Shown here one piece after another: positions 1-9,953 of a stretch of 64,000 nt of DNA. The stretch spans positions 223,291-287,290 of the forward strand of contig CAZIMS010000001.1 in the NCBI GenBank assembly GCA_964540515.1. Direction: 5' to 3'. Under the pieces are notes generated by a model that did not search any database, had not been told where the DNA came from, and saw only the letters and a list, made by a program, of their open reading frames with translations. Each line of letters starts with the position of its first letter. The first letter of the stretch is position 1. Source of the stretch: an uncultured Pseudomonadota bacterium (GTDB lineage: Bacteria > CALINM01). Both the position numbers and the translations under genes were made by a program.

Positions 1-885
1 AATCTTATAAATAAATTTAAAATATTAAAAGAATTGTCTAGTCATACCTGTGATATACTTATAAATCCTGTTTATTCAAGAACTTTTGATATGGATTTTA
101 TGATAAAAAATATTAATGCCAAAGAAAAAATAGGGAATTCAGGTAATTTAAGCAACATAGGGAAGTGGCAAAAGAAAATTTCTGATAAATACTACACAAA
201 ACTTCTACCTGCAACAGAAGAGATTATATTTGAATTTTACAGAAATAAAGATTTTTTTGAGAATTTATTAGAAGAGGAAATAAAAATAGTTAAGCCAACC
301 ATAGATAGCACTTATTTGCATAAAATTGAATTAAAAGAGACGCTACCTTCAAAGTACATTCTTATTTTTTTAGGAGCAGGGGAAAAGTTCAGAAAATACT
401 CTGTTGATAATTGGATTAACATAGTAAAAAGTCTTCACTCTAAATATGATCTACCTGTAGTTTTAAGCGGTGGCCCCACAGAAGTAAACGATTCGCTTGA
501 ATTTTTAGAAAAATATAATGAAAATATCATAAATCTGGTAAACAAGACAAGTTTAACTGAGATGATAAAAATTGTTGAAAAGTCAGAAATTGTCTTATCC
601 AATGAAAGTTATGTTCCCCATTTGTGTGTTGCACTGAACAAAGTTGTAATAGTCGTATATAATGGAAACCATTTTTTCAGATTTATTCCTTATCCAGATT
701 GTATGACAAATAACTACCATGCAATCTACCATCCAGAAATAGAAAAAGATCTTGAAGACTATAAAAAATTGAGCAATGCATATCAGTTCATATCAAATCT
801 AAACATAAATGAAATTAGTTACAAAAAAGTAATAAATAAAGTAGAGGAGATTTTAAAAGAAAAAATTCACTTCACAAGAAATTAA
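1..885 (+). CDS. ADP-heptose:LPS heptosyltransferase (glycosyltransferase family 9), 5'-truncated by window edge; frame is open from nt 1
   Basis: GT9 C-terminal domain motifs (KYILIFLGAGEKFRKYSVDNW, VVLSGGPTE, LVNKTSLTEMIKIVEKSEIVLSNES). Only ~2/3 of a typical 330-350 aa enzyme lies downstream of the first Met, and no stop occurs in frame between nt 1 and 34. Confidence 0.6.
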   Translation, partial: NLINKFKILKELSSHTCDILINPVYSRTFDMDFMIKNINAKEKIGNSGNLSNIGKWQKKISDKYYTKLLPATEEIIFEFYRNKDFFENLLEEEIKIVKPTIDSTYLHKIELKETLPSKYILIFLGAGEKFRKYSVDNWINIVKSLHSKYDLPVVLSGGPTEVNDSLEFLEKYNENIINLVNKTSLTEMIKIVEKSEIVLSNESYVPHLCVALNKVVIVVYNGNHFFRFIPYPDCMTNNYHAIYHPEIEKDLEDYKKLSNAYQFISNLNINEISYKKVINKVEEILKEKIHFTRN

Positions 886-1286
886 AGACTTTGTCTCAAA
901 GCCACTTTTTGATGAGAAGGTCATTTTGAAAAAGACCCCTTTTGTTTCTAATACCTATAAAATTTGAACTATGTTGGATAATGTTATAACAAAAATTAAA
1001 TTTTTTGAATGTTGCCAGTTACTTATGCATCAATATACTAAATCATTCCAAAGATTTAAGGTTTAAACAAATGCTTATAACAAAAGAAACCCCAAAGATT
1101 ATTAATAAGCCAGAATATAAATTCCAAACTTCACTTTTTTTGCCTCCTAATCTAGAAAGAACGGCTGAGGGTGTGTTACGAACAAAAGGATTATTTAAGC
1201 ATAGTTATAAGCTTGTAAATTACGTGTGATATATATGCGATACGGATTCAAATCTAATAAAACCTGCAGAAGAAGATATACAAATA

Positions 1287-1601
1287 ATGATAAATGATTA
1301 CATAACTAATGTATCTTCAGAAACACAAACTGATAAGCAAATTGATAGCTTACCTCTTATTACAGTGATAACAGTGGTATACAATGGAGAAAAGTACTTA
1401 GAAGAAACAATCCAAAGCGTAATAAACCAGACATATCCAAATGTAGAATATATCATAATAGACGGTGGAAGCACCGATGAAACAATAGACATCATCAAAA
1501 AGTATGAAGATAAGATTGATTTATGGATAAGCGAAAAAGATGAAGGAATTTACGATGCGATGAATAAGGGAATTTATCTTGCAACTGGTCAGTGGGTATA
1601 A
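1287..1601 (+). pseudogene. Glycosyltransferase family 2, N-terminal fragment (~104 aa) truncated next to the IS element
   Basis: GT2 N-terminal signature (ITVITVVYNGEKYLEETIQSVINQTYPNVEYIIIDGGSTDETIDII, DAMNKG) ending prematurely at 1601; full-length GT2 enzymes are >=230 aa. Confidence 0.6.
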
Positions 1602-1659
1602 AACTATGTATTATTATAATTTATTATCTGATAATAAGCTAAATATTCCGTACTGTAAA

Positions 1660-3005
1660 ATATTCTGTGTAAACCTTCGGAGACAGAAAAGATAGGCTAA
1701 AAAAAGGTTATCGGGCAAACTTAATAAAAACTCTGGAGGTAAAGAAGATGGTTATGTTAAACAAGGAAGAGCTAAAAAAGCTTGTAAAAGAGTATAAGAT
1801 GAAGAGCATGGAAGATGTGAATGAATTTTTAAAGAACATATCCAGTCAGGTATTGGAAATAATGTTGGATGGTGAATTGGAAGACCATCTTGGGTATGGG
1901 AAATACGATTATACATCAAAAAATACGGACAATTCAAGAAATGGTAATTACTCGAAGGAAGTGAACTCAAAATTTGGGGAGATGGAGCTTAAAATACCGA
2001 GGGATAGAAAATCTGAATTTGAGCCGGTGATAGTAAAAAAGGGGCAGAAAGAAATAGCAGGGATGGAAGAGAAAATCATTTCCATGTATGCGAAGGGTAT
2101 GACCGTAAGGGACATACAGGGGCACATAGAAGAGCTTTACAACTATGAGATGTCAGCGGAGACGATAAGCAACATAACAGATCGGGTTACGGAAAAGGCA
2201 AAGGAATGGCAGGCAAGGCCATTAAAATAACTCTATACCATTGTATTTCTAGATGCCCTGTTCTACAAAATGAGAAAAGATGGACAGGTAAAGACACCGG
2301 CTGTATATGGTATGGTTGGAGTGGATATAACGGGCAAGAAAGATTGCCTGGGTCTATGGATAGCGGAGAGTGAATCGTCTAAATACTGGCTTTCGGTATT
2401 AAACGAGCTGAAAAATAGAGGAGTTAAAGACATATTGATCTGTGCGGTAGATGGGCTTACTGGCTTTAAAGAAGCGATCAAGGCAGTTTTCCCAGAAACA
2501 GAATTCCAAAGCTGCATAGTGCACCAGATAAGAAACTCCCTCAAATATGTATCATACAAACACGGGAAAGAGATTACAAATGATCTGAAACTTCTCTACA
2601 GGGCTGCAACCGAAGAATCAGCTTTGCAGGAGCTTGAAAAATTTGAGGCAAATGGGTAAACCAATATCCGTACATATCAAAGTCATGGAAACAGAGATGG
2701 GGAGAACTTTCCACATTTTTCAAATATCCTGAAGAGATAAGAAGGCTTGTTTATACGACCAATCCGATAGAGAGCTTTCACCGGGGTTTAAGAAAAGTAA
2801 CGAAAAACAGGGCATATTCCCCAATGAAGAATCCCTTTTCAAGCTCCTTTACCTTGCGGTTCAAGATATTGCGAAAAAATGGACGACTCCGATAAAAAAC
2901 TGGTCATATATCTTTGCTCAATTTTCAGTATACTTTGAAGAACGGCTGGAGAAATAACTGTGAAAAATATTGCAATTAAACAATCCGGAGGGTTACACAA
3001 AATTG
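1660..3005 (+). mobile_element. IS256-family insertion sequence, degenerate copy with recognisable terminal inverted repeats
   Basis: Left end TGTGTAAACCTTCGGAG (1666-1682) pairs as an imperfect inverted repeat with the right end CCGGAGGGTTACACAA (2985-3000). The internal ORFs encode an IS256/Mutator-type transposase. Confidence 0.7.
1748..2957 (+). pseudogene. IS256-family transposase, inactivated by an in-frame TAA (2228-2230) and two frameshifts (~2650 and ~2810)
   Basis: Segments 1748-2230 (LEDHLGYGKYD...IPRDRKSEFEPVIVKK...YAKGMTVRDIQ), 2231-2659 (VFLDALFYKMRKDG...DGLTGFKEAIKAVFPETEFQSCIVHQIRNS) and 2660-2957 (KYPEEIRRLVYTTNPIESFHRGLRKVTKNR...KKWTTPIKNW) together span a complete IS256 transposase, but in three frames and with one nonsense codon. 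Confidence 0.75.
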
Positions 3006-3179
3006 TTGACAGACCCGAGTAGACACAATTTTCTTGACAAGTGCCTTACTGCTTCCTCCCTAAACTCTTTTGTGTACTTCCCATAGGGTAATCTTTCCAT
3101 TAGACAACTCCTCTTTTGTATTATACCGATTCGTGTCCTCTTTTCCTATCCTACACCATTCAAACAAAAAACTCATTAC

Positions 3180-3548
3180 ATGGGACAGCTTAATGATGAA
3201 ACGTCCTTACAAATGCTTTATAACGCTGTTGATCTGATAGTTGTGCCGAGTATTCAGGAAAATCTTTCTAACGTTATATTGGAATCTCTATCTTGTGGGA
3301 CTCCTGTTATTGCCTTTGACATTGGTGGCAACTCAGATATGATTGAGCACAAGCAAAATGGATACCTTGCTAAGCCTTTTGATACCAATGATTTAGCCTA
3401 TGGTATTGAGTGGGTTTTAGAACATTCAGATATTAATTTATTAAGAGAAAGGGCAAGAGATAAATTTTTAAAGGAGTTTAGCGAAGACATTGTTGCTGAA
3501 AGGTATATTAATTTATATAAAAGCTTAGTTAGTGTTAATAAAACATAA
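3180..3548 (+). pseudogene. Glycosyltransferase family 4 (GT-B), C-terminal ~120-aa fragment
   Basis: Conserved GT4 C-terminal block (NAVDLIVVPSIQENLSNVILESLSCGTPVIAFDIGGNSDMIEHKQNGYL). The N-terminal ~250 aa are missing, and the open frame upstream (3087-3179) has no GT similarity. Confidence 0.55.
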
Positions 3549-3992
3549 TTAAATTTTTAGGGAATAATTAAAAAAATTTAGAAGCATCTCTTGAAATCAT
3601 ATTTTAACAAGCTGTTTTAAATCTATATTCATGCCTCTGATTTATCTTGGTGTTAAGATAAGTTTTAACAATTTTATGCTACAGTTTTGTATGTAATTTT
3701 TTTCTTTTATACCTCCAATTTATTTAATAGCAGACTTCAAAAAGAGTTCATATCAAGATACAGGAGGAGTCTACTACAGCTTATCAAATTTTTAGCTGGT
3801 AATCGGAAAACATAACTTTTGACAGACCTAACTTCCCACAAGGAGAGATCTTAAAAGATAAGGTAGGGCATTGGAAAAGCGGTATCTGGGGCGACCCCAC
3901 AAAGGCTGAAAAAGGTAAGGGAGAAAAAAGCCTTTACCTCTCTGCAAAAAAGATAATAGAAATAATAAATACGATTCAAAAAGAAATAAAGA

Positions 3993-4193
3993 CTAAGCTG
4001 TAACTCCAGCTGCTTCGTTTAACTCTTTAACAAGCTGTTCTACGTTAATACCATGAACCATAGCGCCCTGTTCGATATTCTCAAACTGAGCAGCATGACA
4101 GCCTATGCAACCTAATCCATATTTTACAAAAACCTGAATTGTCTGTGGGTATCTTCTAATTACCTCTTGAAAAGTCATATCTTTAGTAATCAT
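3993..4193 (-). CDS. DUF1858 / hybrid-cluster-protein-associated redox disulfide domain protein (66 aa)
   Basis: Small protein with the GCIGCH motif and overall pattern of the DUF1858 family. Confidence 0.5.
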   Translation of the reverse strand: MITKDMTFQEVIRRYPQTIQVFVKYGLGCIGCHAAQFENIEQGAMVHGINVEQLVKELNEAAGVTA

Positions 4194-4284
4194 TATTTCC
4201 TCCTATGAAATCATCTATTCTATTTAATCATAAAAAAAATTTTATTGGAAGATATTATCACCAATTGTCAATAAAATACTAACT

Positions 4285-5655
4285 CTAACCAATATCTGAG
4301 CTGTAGCTATGACTAATATCACTAAACAGGGTAAGTCTATCGTTAAAAAATACCTCTACTGTGTCAGTTGGGCCATTTCTTTGTTTTGCTATTATTATCT
4401 CGGCAATATTTTTCTTGTCCTCAGGAACCTCTTTGTGGCTTAACTTGAGATAATACTCTTCTCTGTAAATAAACATTATTACATCAGAATCTTGCTCAAT
4501 AGCTCCTGATTCTCTTAAATGGGCAAGCTGTGGCCTTTTTTCCATTCCCTTACCTGTCTCAACGGCGCGATTAAGCTGGGACAAAGCTATAACTGGTACA
4601 TTTAACTCCTTCGCGAGGGCCTTTAAAGATCTTGATATCTCCGATATTTCTTGTTCTCTATTATCTTTTCTCTCGTTACCCCTCATAAGTTGTAAGTAAT
4701 CAATTATTATAAGCCCTATATTTTTTTCTGTTTTAAGTCTTCTTGCCTTAGACCTTAGCTCCATTATTGAAAGTGCTGGTGTATCATCAATATAAATCTC
4801 GGCAGTAGATAACTTTGACATAGCAATAGCTATCCTTCCGAGATCTTTCCTGTCAACAAATCCTGTTCTTAGCTTGTGTAGTTCTATTTGAGCCTCTGCA
4901 CAGATTAATCTAAGTCCTATCTGTTCCTTTGACATCTCAAGTGAAAAAAAGGCACAAGGAACCTTTCCTAAGATAGCAGCGTTTTTAAGTATAGAAAGGG
5001 CAAAGGAGGTCTTTCCCATTCCAGGTCTTCCAGCTATTATTATTAAATCTGTAGGTTGTAGACCTGCTGTTAGTTTGTCGAGCTTGCTAAATCCTGTGGG
5101 AATACCGGTGATTGCCTCTTTCATCCTGTGGAGTCTTTCTACGGCAGAATAACTTGATTTTAGAACTTCCTTTATATTACTTACGGTGTTTAGAGTTCTT
5201 TCTTTTTGAGTGATAGAGAAGATCATCTCTTCTGTTTTATCAATAAAGGCATCTACGTCCTCAATTGGTTCAAAACAGGAGTTATAAATATCTCCAGTGA
5301 TATTTATAAGTTTTCTTAAGATTGCCTTTTCTTTAACTATCTTGGCATAATGGTTTATATGGGCTGATGATGCTATGTTATCAATCAAACTTGAGATATA
5401 ACCAGCACCTCCAACCTTATCGAGGGACCCCTTTTTTAAAAAAAAATCAGTTAAGGAGATTAAGTCAATAGGCTCATTTCTATCGGTCATCTCTATGATA
5501 GCCTGATAGATGAGCCTATGTTGTTCAAAATAAAAATCCTCCGCTTTTAGTTGATCTGCGATCTTATGTATAGCATCTTTGTCAATTAAAATACCACCTA
5601 ATATTGATTGCTCAGCATCCTTATTATATGGCAATAGTTTAGTTGTGTTTTTCAT
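4285..5655 (-). CDS. dnaB: Replicative DNA helicase DnaB
   Basis: 456 aa; Walker A GRPGMGKTSFAL, DnaB N-terminal domain, and C-terminal RecA-like fold motifs (IIIDYLQLM, SQLNR). Confidence 0.9.
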   Translation of the reverse strand: MKNTTKLLPYNKDAEQSILGGILIDKDAIHKIADQLKAEDFYFEQHRLIYQAIIEMTDRNEPIDLISLTDFFLKKGSLDKVGGAGYISSLIDNIASSAHINHYAKIVKEKAILRKLINITGDIYNSCFEPIEDVDAFIDKTEEMIFSITQKERTLNTVSNIKEVLKSSYSAVERLHRMKEAITGIPTGFSKLDKLTAGLQPTDLIIIAGRPGMGKTSFALSILKNAAILGKVPCAFFSLEMSKEQIGLRLICAEAQIELHKLRTGFVDRKDLGRIAIAMSKLSTAEIYIDDTPALSIMELRSKARRLKTEKNIGLIIIDYLQLMRGNERKDNREQEISEISRSLKALAKELNVPVIALSQLNRAVETGKGMEKRPQLAHLRESGAIEQDSDVIMFIYREEYYLKLSHKEVPEDKKNIAEIIIAKQRNGPTDTVEVFFNDRLTLFSDISHSYSSDIG

Positions 5656-6097
5656 CTTCCTTTACAATAGCTATCTTTAAATTCGCTGTTATGTTTCCTT
5701 CCATTTTTATCTTAACTTCATAATTGCCAATCATTTTTAATGGCTGTTCTAGCAAAATCTTCTTTCTGTCAATATTAAATCCTTCTTTTTTAAGCTCTTC
5801 CGCAATATTTATAGATGTTATGGAACCAAAAAGCTTTCCTTCTTCACCTGCTTTAGCAGCAATTGTTAACGTTAAGTTTGATAGTTTTTCCGCAAGGCTT
5901 TCAGCCTGTTTCTTTATCTTTTTTACCTTTTCTTCTGTCTGTCTTTTTAGATGTTCAAAGACTCTTAAGTTTTTTTCATCAGCTACTACTGCTAATTTTC
6001 TTGGTATAAGGAAATTTCTTGCATAGCCATCGGATACATTTACTATCTCTCCTGCATTACCGAGAGATTCAACATCTGCCTGTAATAAAACTTTCAT
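5639..6097 (-). CDS. rplI: 50S ribosomal protein L9
   Basis: MKVLLQADVESLGNAGEIVNVSDGYARNFLIPRKLA, the canonical L9 N-terminus; located in the rpsF-ssb-rpsR-rplI cluster. Confidence 0.9.
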   Translation of the reverse strand: MKVLLQADVESLGNAGEIVNVSDGYARNFLIPRKLAVVADEKNLRVFEHLKRQTEEKVKKIKKQAESLAEKLSNLTLTIAAKAGEEGKLFGSITSINIAEELKKEGFNIDRKKILLEQPLKMIGNYEVKIKMEGNITANLKIAIVKEDEKHN

Positions 6098-6099
6098 AT

Positions 6100-7011
6100 T
6101 TATGCCTCCTTTAAACGCTTTTTAATATTAAATTTAACATCTAGTACACCAATTAGGCTTATTAAAAACCACATTATATGATTAGTTAGAAAAAAGAAAT
6201 AGAAAAATAGACTTACAAATACTGGTATTCCAAAAGCTGAAAAAAAGGTGTTAGTAGTAGCCACCCCTTGAAAAAAATAAAAGGATAAGAAATAAAGGGC
6301 TAAATTCATACCAATAAGACCTAACCCAACCTCTCCAAAAAGTATGTACAAGATTATCCCTAAATTTACGATCCAGACACCAAAAAAACTGATATTGATA
6401 CTTGAAAAGGGCTCAGCAAGTCTCTCGGGCATATTAGGAAAAAGCTTTAAAACCATATAAAGGTTTATTACCCCAAAAATAACAAACTGCAATAGAGCAA
6501 GAAAGGGATAAAACCTTTTTATAAGAGACTTACTAAATTCTTGATAATCCAGTAGTGCTTTTTCATCCATATAGCTTTTTAGCACTTTTTCAGAAATATT
6601 ATCTACCTCTAAAAAAGCTTCGTTAACAGTTTTGGTAATTAGTCCCATCTTAATCTCAAGTATTGCCATATAAAAAACAAAAAAGATTGATACTATTATT
6701 GTCGATAGTAAAAAGATATCTCCTTTGCTTACATTCTCAAGCTTTTTGTAAATTAGCCACACCACCCCAGCATATACATAGGGATAAAAAAGATTAAAAA
6801 CAAGTACCATCTGCTCATTCATATACAAAACAAGCAAGGTTAAGCCAAGAGAGAGAAATAAAAAAACCTTCCTACCATTAACAACAGAGCCTAAGATTAT
6901 ACCTCCAAGAAGATAACTCAAAGATACAAAGGCGATTGACGCAAAAAAATAGGCTCCAAAAATTACAAATATTAAGAATAATATTTTTTTATCATTAACT
7001 TGTGAAAACAT
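6100..7011 (-). CDS. Polytopic membrane protein (YybS/DUF2232-like) between rpsR and rplI
   Basis: ~10 predicted TM helices, and the conserved position that YybS-like genes occupy in the rpsR-rplI interval. Confidence 0.5.
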   Translation of the reverse strand: MFSQVNDKKILFLIFVIFGAYFFASIAFVSLSYLLGGIILGSVVNGRKVFLFLSLGLTLLVLYMNEQMVLVFNLFYPYVYAGVVWLIYKKLENVSKGDIFLLSTIIVSIFFVFYMAILEIKMGLITKTVNEAFLEVDNISEKVLKSYMDEKALLDYQEFSKSLIKRFYPFLALLQFVIFGVINLYMVLKLFPNMPERLAEPFSSINISFFGVWIVNLGIILYILFGEVGLGLIGMNLALYFLSFYFFQGVATTNTFFSAFGIPVFVSLFFYFFFLTNHIMWFLISLIGVLDVKFNIKKRLKEA

Positions 7012-7255
7012 GGGTTACCGTGGTATAGGGTAAAAGTGCCAGCTGCCTAGCTCTTTTAATAGCGGTGCTTAACTCTCTTTGGTGTTTTGCACAGTTACCT
7101 GTATATCGTCTTGACAGTATCTTCCCTCTTTCTGAGACATATTGCTTTAAAAAATTGGGTTTTTTGTAATCAATAATAAGTTTTTTGTCGGCACAAAACC
7201 TACAGAACTTCTTTTTTGGTACAAATTTCTTTCTATCATTAATATTCATTGCCAT
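6995..7255 (-). CDS. rpsR: 30S ribosomal protein S18
   Basis: [61 protein letters not shown]. Confidence 0.9.
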   Translation of the reverse strand: MAMNINDRKKFVPKKKFCRFCADKKLIIDYKKPNFLKQYVSERGKILSRRYTGNCAKHQRELSTAIKRARQLALLPYTTVTHVFTS

Positions 7256-7275
7256 AAAATACCTCCATAAAAATT

Positions 7276-7698
7276 TTAAAATGGTATATCTTCTTCTAAT
7301 GGTAAATCTTCAATTACATCCGTCTCTGAGTCACTACCTAAATCTTCTAATGCTGACCCTCCTGATCCCCTTCCACCTAAAAACTGAACTCTCTGGGCAA
7401 TAACATAAATCTTTGTCCTTTTACTCCCATCCGGCGCTTCCCACCTTCTCATAGCCAACCTACCATCTACAAAAACCTGTCTCCCCTTAGCAAGATAGCT
7501 TGCACAGTTCTCTGCCTGCTTGCCAAAAACAACTATATCAAAAAAGCCAACTTCCTCTTTCGCTCCCTGCTCCCGGCTAGTATATTTTGTATTGATTGCA
7601 AGAGTAAAGTTGACTACCGCAAGCCCTGCGGGGTTGTGCTTTAGTTGAGGGTCTGCAGTGAGATTACCCATCAAAAGCACTTTGTTATAGGATGCCAT
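7276..7698 (-). CDS. ssb: Single-stranded DNA-binding protein
   Basis: OB-fold N-terminus, Gly-rich linker and an acidic C-terminal tail ending DIPF. Confidence 0.9.
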   Translation of the reverse strand: MASYNKVLLMGNLTADPQLKHNPAGLAVVNFTLAINTKYTSREQGAKEEVGFFDIVVFGKQAENCASYLAKGRQVFVDGRLAMRRWEAPDGSKRTKIYVIAQRVQFLGGRGSGGSALEDLGSDSETDVIEDLPLEEDIPF

Positions 7699-7699
7699 T

Positions 7700-8032
7700 T
7701 TATTCTCCTATTTCTTTATTTTGTTCTTCCTTTGGCAGATAGGGTGTTGGGTCATCAATCTTAACCGATAGGTACCTTAAAACATCAGCCTGAAGATTCA
7801 TCTCCTGCTCTAACTTTTTAACACATTGCTCGTTTGCCTCATAGAAAAGGTAAACATAGTAACCAAAATCTTTGTGGTTGATGGGGTAAGCAAGTCTTCT
7901 TCTACCCCACTCATCCTCTTTAATAATTTTTCCGTTTTTCTGGATTACGTTTCTGAAACGGCTTTTGAGATTATCTTTCTCTTCTGGAGAAAGATCTGAC
8001 GATAAGACATAGGTTGTCTCGTAGTAACGCAT
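7700..8032 (-). CDS. rpsF: 30S ribosomal protein S6
   Basis: MRYYETTYVLSSDLSPEE... S6 signature; adjacent to ssb and rpsR. Confidence 0.9.
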   Translation of the reverse strand: MRYYETTYVLSSDLSPEEKDNLKSRFRNVIQKNGKIIKEDEWGRRRLAYPINHKDFGYYVYLFYEANEQCVKKLEQEMNLQADVLRYLSVKIDDPTPYLPKEEQNKEIGE

Positions 8033-8211
8033 CTAACTACCTCCTTCTGGTTAATTTTTAATTAGCCCCAATTGGAGCAAGGAGCAAAAATAAATTTAAG
8101 AAATTATATCAAAAATTTTTGTTATTAGAAATATTTTTTTCTTTATTTCTCTCCTTTTATCTCAATACCTTTAAATACTTATCTTACAAACGGTAAGATT
8201 GGGATTTATAG

Positions 8212-8379
8212 TCAGGTGTATTTTGAGTTTGCATCACAGCTTGTCGGTTTTTTTTCTCCCTCTTCTTTAAGATAAATATCTTCTTCTCCGCAAAGGGGAC
8301 ACCTAACCTTTTCATCTTCTATAACTATTCTCTCAAAATCAAAATCACATTTATTGCAGTGATAAATTTTTGACCACAT
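8212..8379 (-). CDS. FmdB-family zinc-ribbon protein (55 aa). It is absent from the supplied ORF track because it is <60 aa.
   Basis: Translation MWSKIYHCNKCDFDFERIVIEDEKVRCPLCGEEDIYLKEEGEKKPTSCDANSKYT shows the Y-x-C-x2-C...C-P-x-C spacing of the CxxC_CxxC_SSSS/FmdB family. Its ATG lies 1 nt downstream of the parB stop. Confidence 0.5.
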   Translation of the reverse strand: MWSKIYHCNKCDFDFERIVIEDEKVRCPLCGEEDIYLKEEGEKKPTSCDANSKYT

Positions 8380-8380
8380 G

Positions 8381-9193
8381 TTATTCACCTTCTAAATTTG
8401 AGACTATCTCCTCAAACTGGTCTAAGGAGTAGTATTCTATAATAATCTTACCCCTTTTAACTCTTCCTTCTATCTTTACTTTAGTTTTTAGGACTTTAGA
8501 AAGTCTTTCTTCAAATGCCACAATGTTTTGGTCTTTTGTAACCTTCTTACTTCTTTTTTCTGCTTCTCTAACTGGTAGCTTCTCTTCCGTTAGTTTTTTG
8601 AATAGTTTTTGTCTCTCCTTCTCGTCCTCTATAGCCAAAAGGGCTCTGCCATGTCCTTCAGTAATAACCCCATTTCTTAAAGCATCTTTTGCATAGTCCG
8701 GCAATCTCAAAAGTCTTAAGGTATTTGCTATAGCACTTCTGCTTTTACTTACTATGCTTGAAAGCTCTTCCTGAGTATATTTAAACTCATCGATAAGACT
8801 TTTATAGGCCTCTGCAATATCAAGTGGGTTTAAATCTTCTCTTTGTATGTTCTCGATAAGGGCAGATTCCATAATCTCTTTCTTGCTCATATTTTTGATG
8901 ATGGCAGGTACTTTAATAAGTCCTGCAAGTTTTGCTGCCCGCCATCTTCTCTCACCAACAATTAGGGTATATTTGTTATCTCCATCCTTAGACAATAATA
9001 TAGGCTGTAGTATTCCTTGATTTTTTATTGAAACAACAAGCTCTTGTAGCTTTTCCTTATCAAAGACCTTTCTTGGCTGATAAGGATTGGGTATTATAGC
9101 ATCAATATCTACCTCCTGAATCTCGCTGGATGTTAAACTTTCTTCTCCCATTAATGCAGCCAATCCTCTTCCCATAGGTGGTTTTTTATTCAT
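8381..9193 (-). CDS. parB: Chromosome partitioning protein ParB (Spo0J)
   Basis: ParB box motifs (GERRWRAAKLAGL), HTH, 270 aa; downstream of parA. Confidence 0.9.
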   Translation of the reverse strand: MNKKPPMGRGLAALMGEESLTSSEIQEVDIDAIIPNPYQPRKVFDKEKLQELVVSIKNQGILQPILLSKDGDNKYTLIVGERRWRAAKLAGLIKVPAIIKNMSKKEIMESALIENIQREDLNPLDIAEAYKSLIDEFKYTQEELSSIVSKSRSAIANTLRLLRLPDYAKDALRNGVITEGHGRALLAIEDEKERQKLFKKLTEEKLPVREAEKRSKKVTKDQNIVAFEERLSKVLKTKVKIEGRVKRGKIIIEYYSLDQFEEIVSNLEGE

Positions 9194-9953
9194 TGCCTAT
9201 ACTCCTTGTGATAAACTCTTCTACAAAACTCTGATAACTCAAGGATCCTTTAGAGGAGTTGTCAAACTTATATATTGGCATACCATAACTTGGGGTTTCA
9301 GACAACCTGACATTCCTCGGGATGACTGTCTTAAAAACCTTTCTTCCAAAGTGTGTAATAACATCTTCATAGACAACTTTTGAAAGATTGTTTCTCGAAT
9401 CAAACATAGTTAATAGTATCCCCATTATCTCAAGATGGGGGTTTAGCTCTTTTTTTACTATCTTTATTGTTTTTATCAAATGGGCAAGTCCCTCGAGGGC
9501 ATAATACTCACATTGAAGAGGAACAATTATGTATTTACAGGCAACCATAGCGTTTAAGGTAAGCAGCCCTAAGGAAGGTGGGCAATCTATAATAACATAA
9601 TTAAAATCAGATAATCTTTGTAGAGAGAATAATAACTTTTTTTCTCTCTTTTCCATTGAGACCAGCTCTATCTCTGCACCCACAAGGTCTTGCGTTGATG
9701 GAAGCAAAAATAGATTTTCAAGCTCAGTCTTAATAATTGCGCTACCTATCTCATCAATACCTACAAGTACGTTATAAACTGTTTTATTAAGATCTCTTGG
9801 ATTAATTCCTATACCACTTGTTGCATTTGCCTGTGGATCCATATCAAGTAAGAGGGTTTTTTTTCCTTTCATTGCCAATCCGGCAGCAAGGCTAATTGCT
9901 GTTGTTGTCTTACCAACCCCTCCTTTTTGATTAGCGATAGTAACAATTAGCAT
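9186..9953 (-). CDS. parA: Chromosome partitioning ATPase ParA (Soj)
   Basis: Deviant Walker A KGGVGKTTTA; 255 aa. Confidence 0.9.
   Translation of the reverse strand: MLIVTIANQKGGVGKTTTAISLAAGLAMKGKKTLLLDMDPQANATSGIGINPRDLNKTVYNVLVGIDEIGSAIIKTELENLFLLPSTQDLVGAEIELVSMEKREKKLLFSLQRLSDFNYVIIDCPPSLGLLTLNAMVACKYIIVPLQCEYYALEGLAHLIKTIKIVKKELNPHLEIMGILLTMFDSRNNLSKVVYEDVITHFGRKVFKTVIPRNVRLSETPSYGMPIYKFDNSSKGSLSYQSFVEEFITRSIGNE

Noticed and set aside
1005-1229. 74-aa ORF in the spacer between the heptosyltransferase and the GT2 fragment
   Set aside because: No recognisable domain, no RBS, low-complexity AT-rich composition; most likely a chance ORF.
3087-3179. Upstream in-frame extension of the GT4 fragment
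   Set aside because: Translation (GNLSIRQLLFCIIPIRVLFSYPTPFKQKTHY) has no glycosyltransferase character; it is read-through of IS-flanking sequence, not a coding extension.
3790-4001. Open frame ending ...KIIEIINTIQKEIKTKL just upstream of the DUF1858 gene
   Set aside because: No ATG/GTG/TTG start with an RBS in the open stretch; treated as non-coding.
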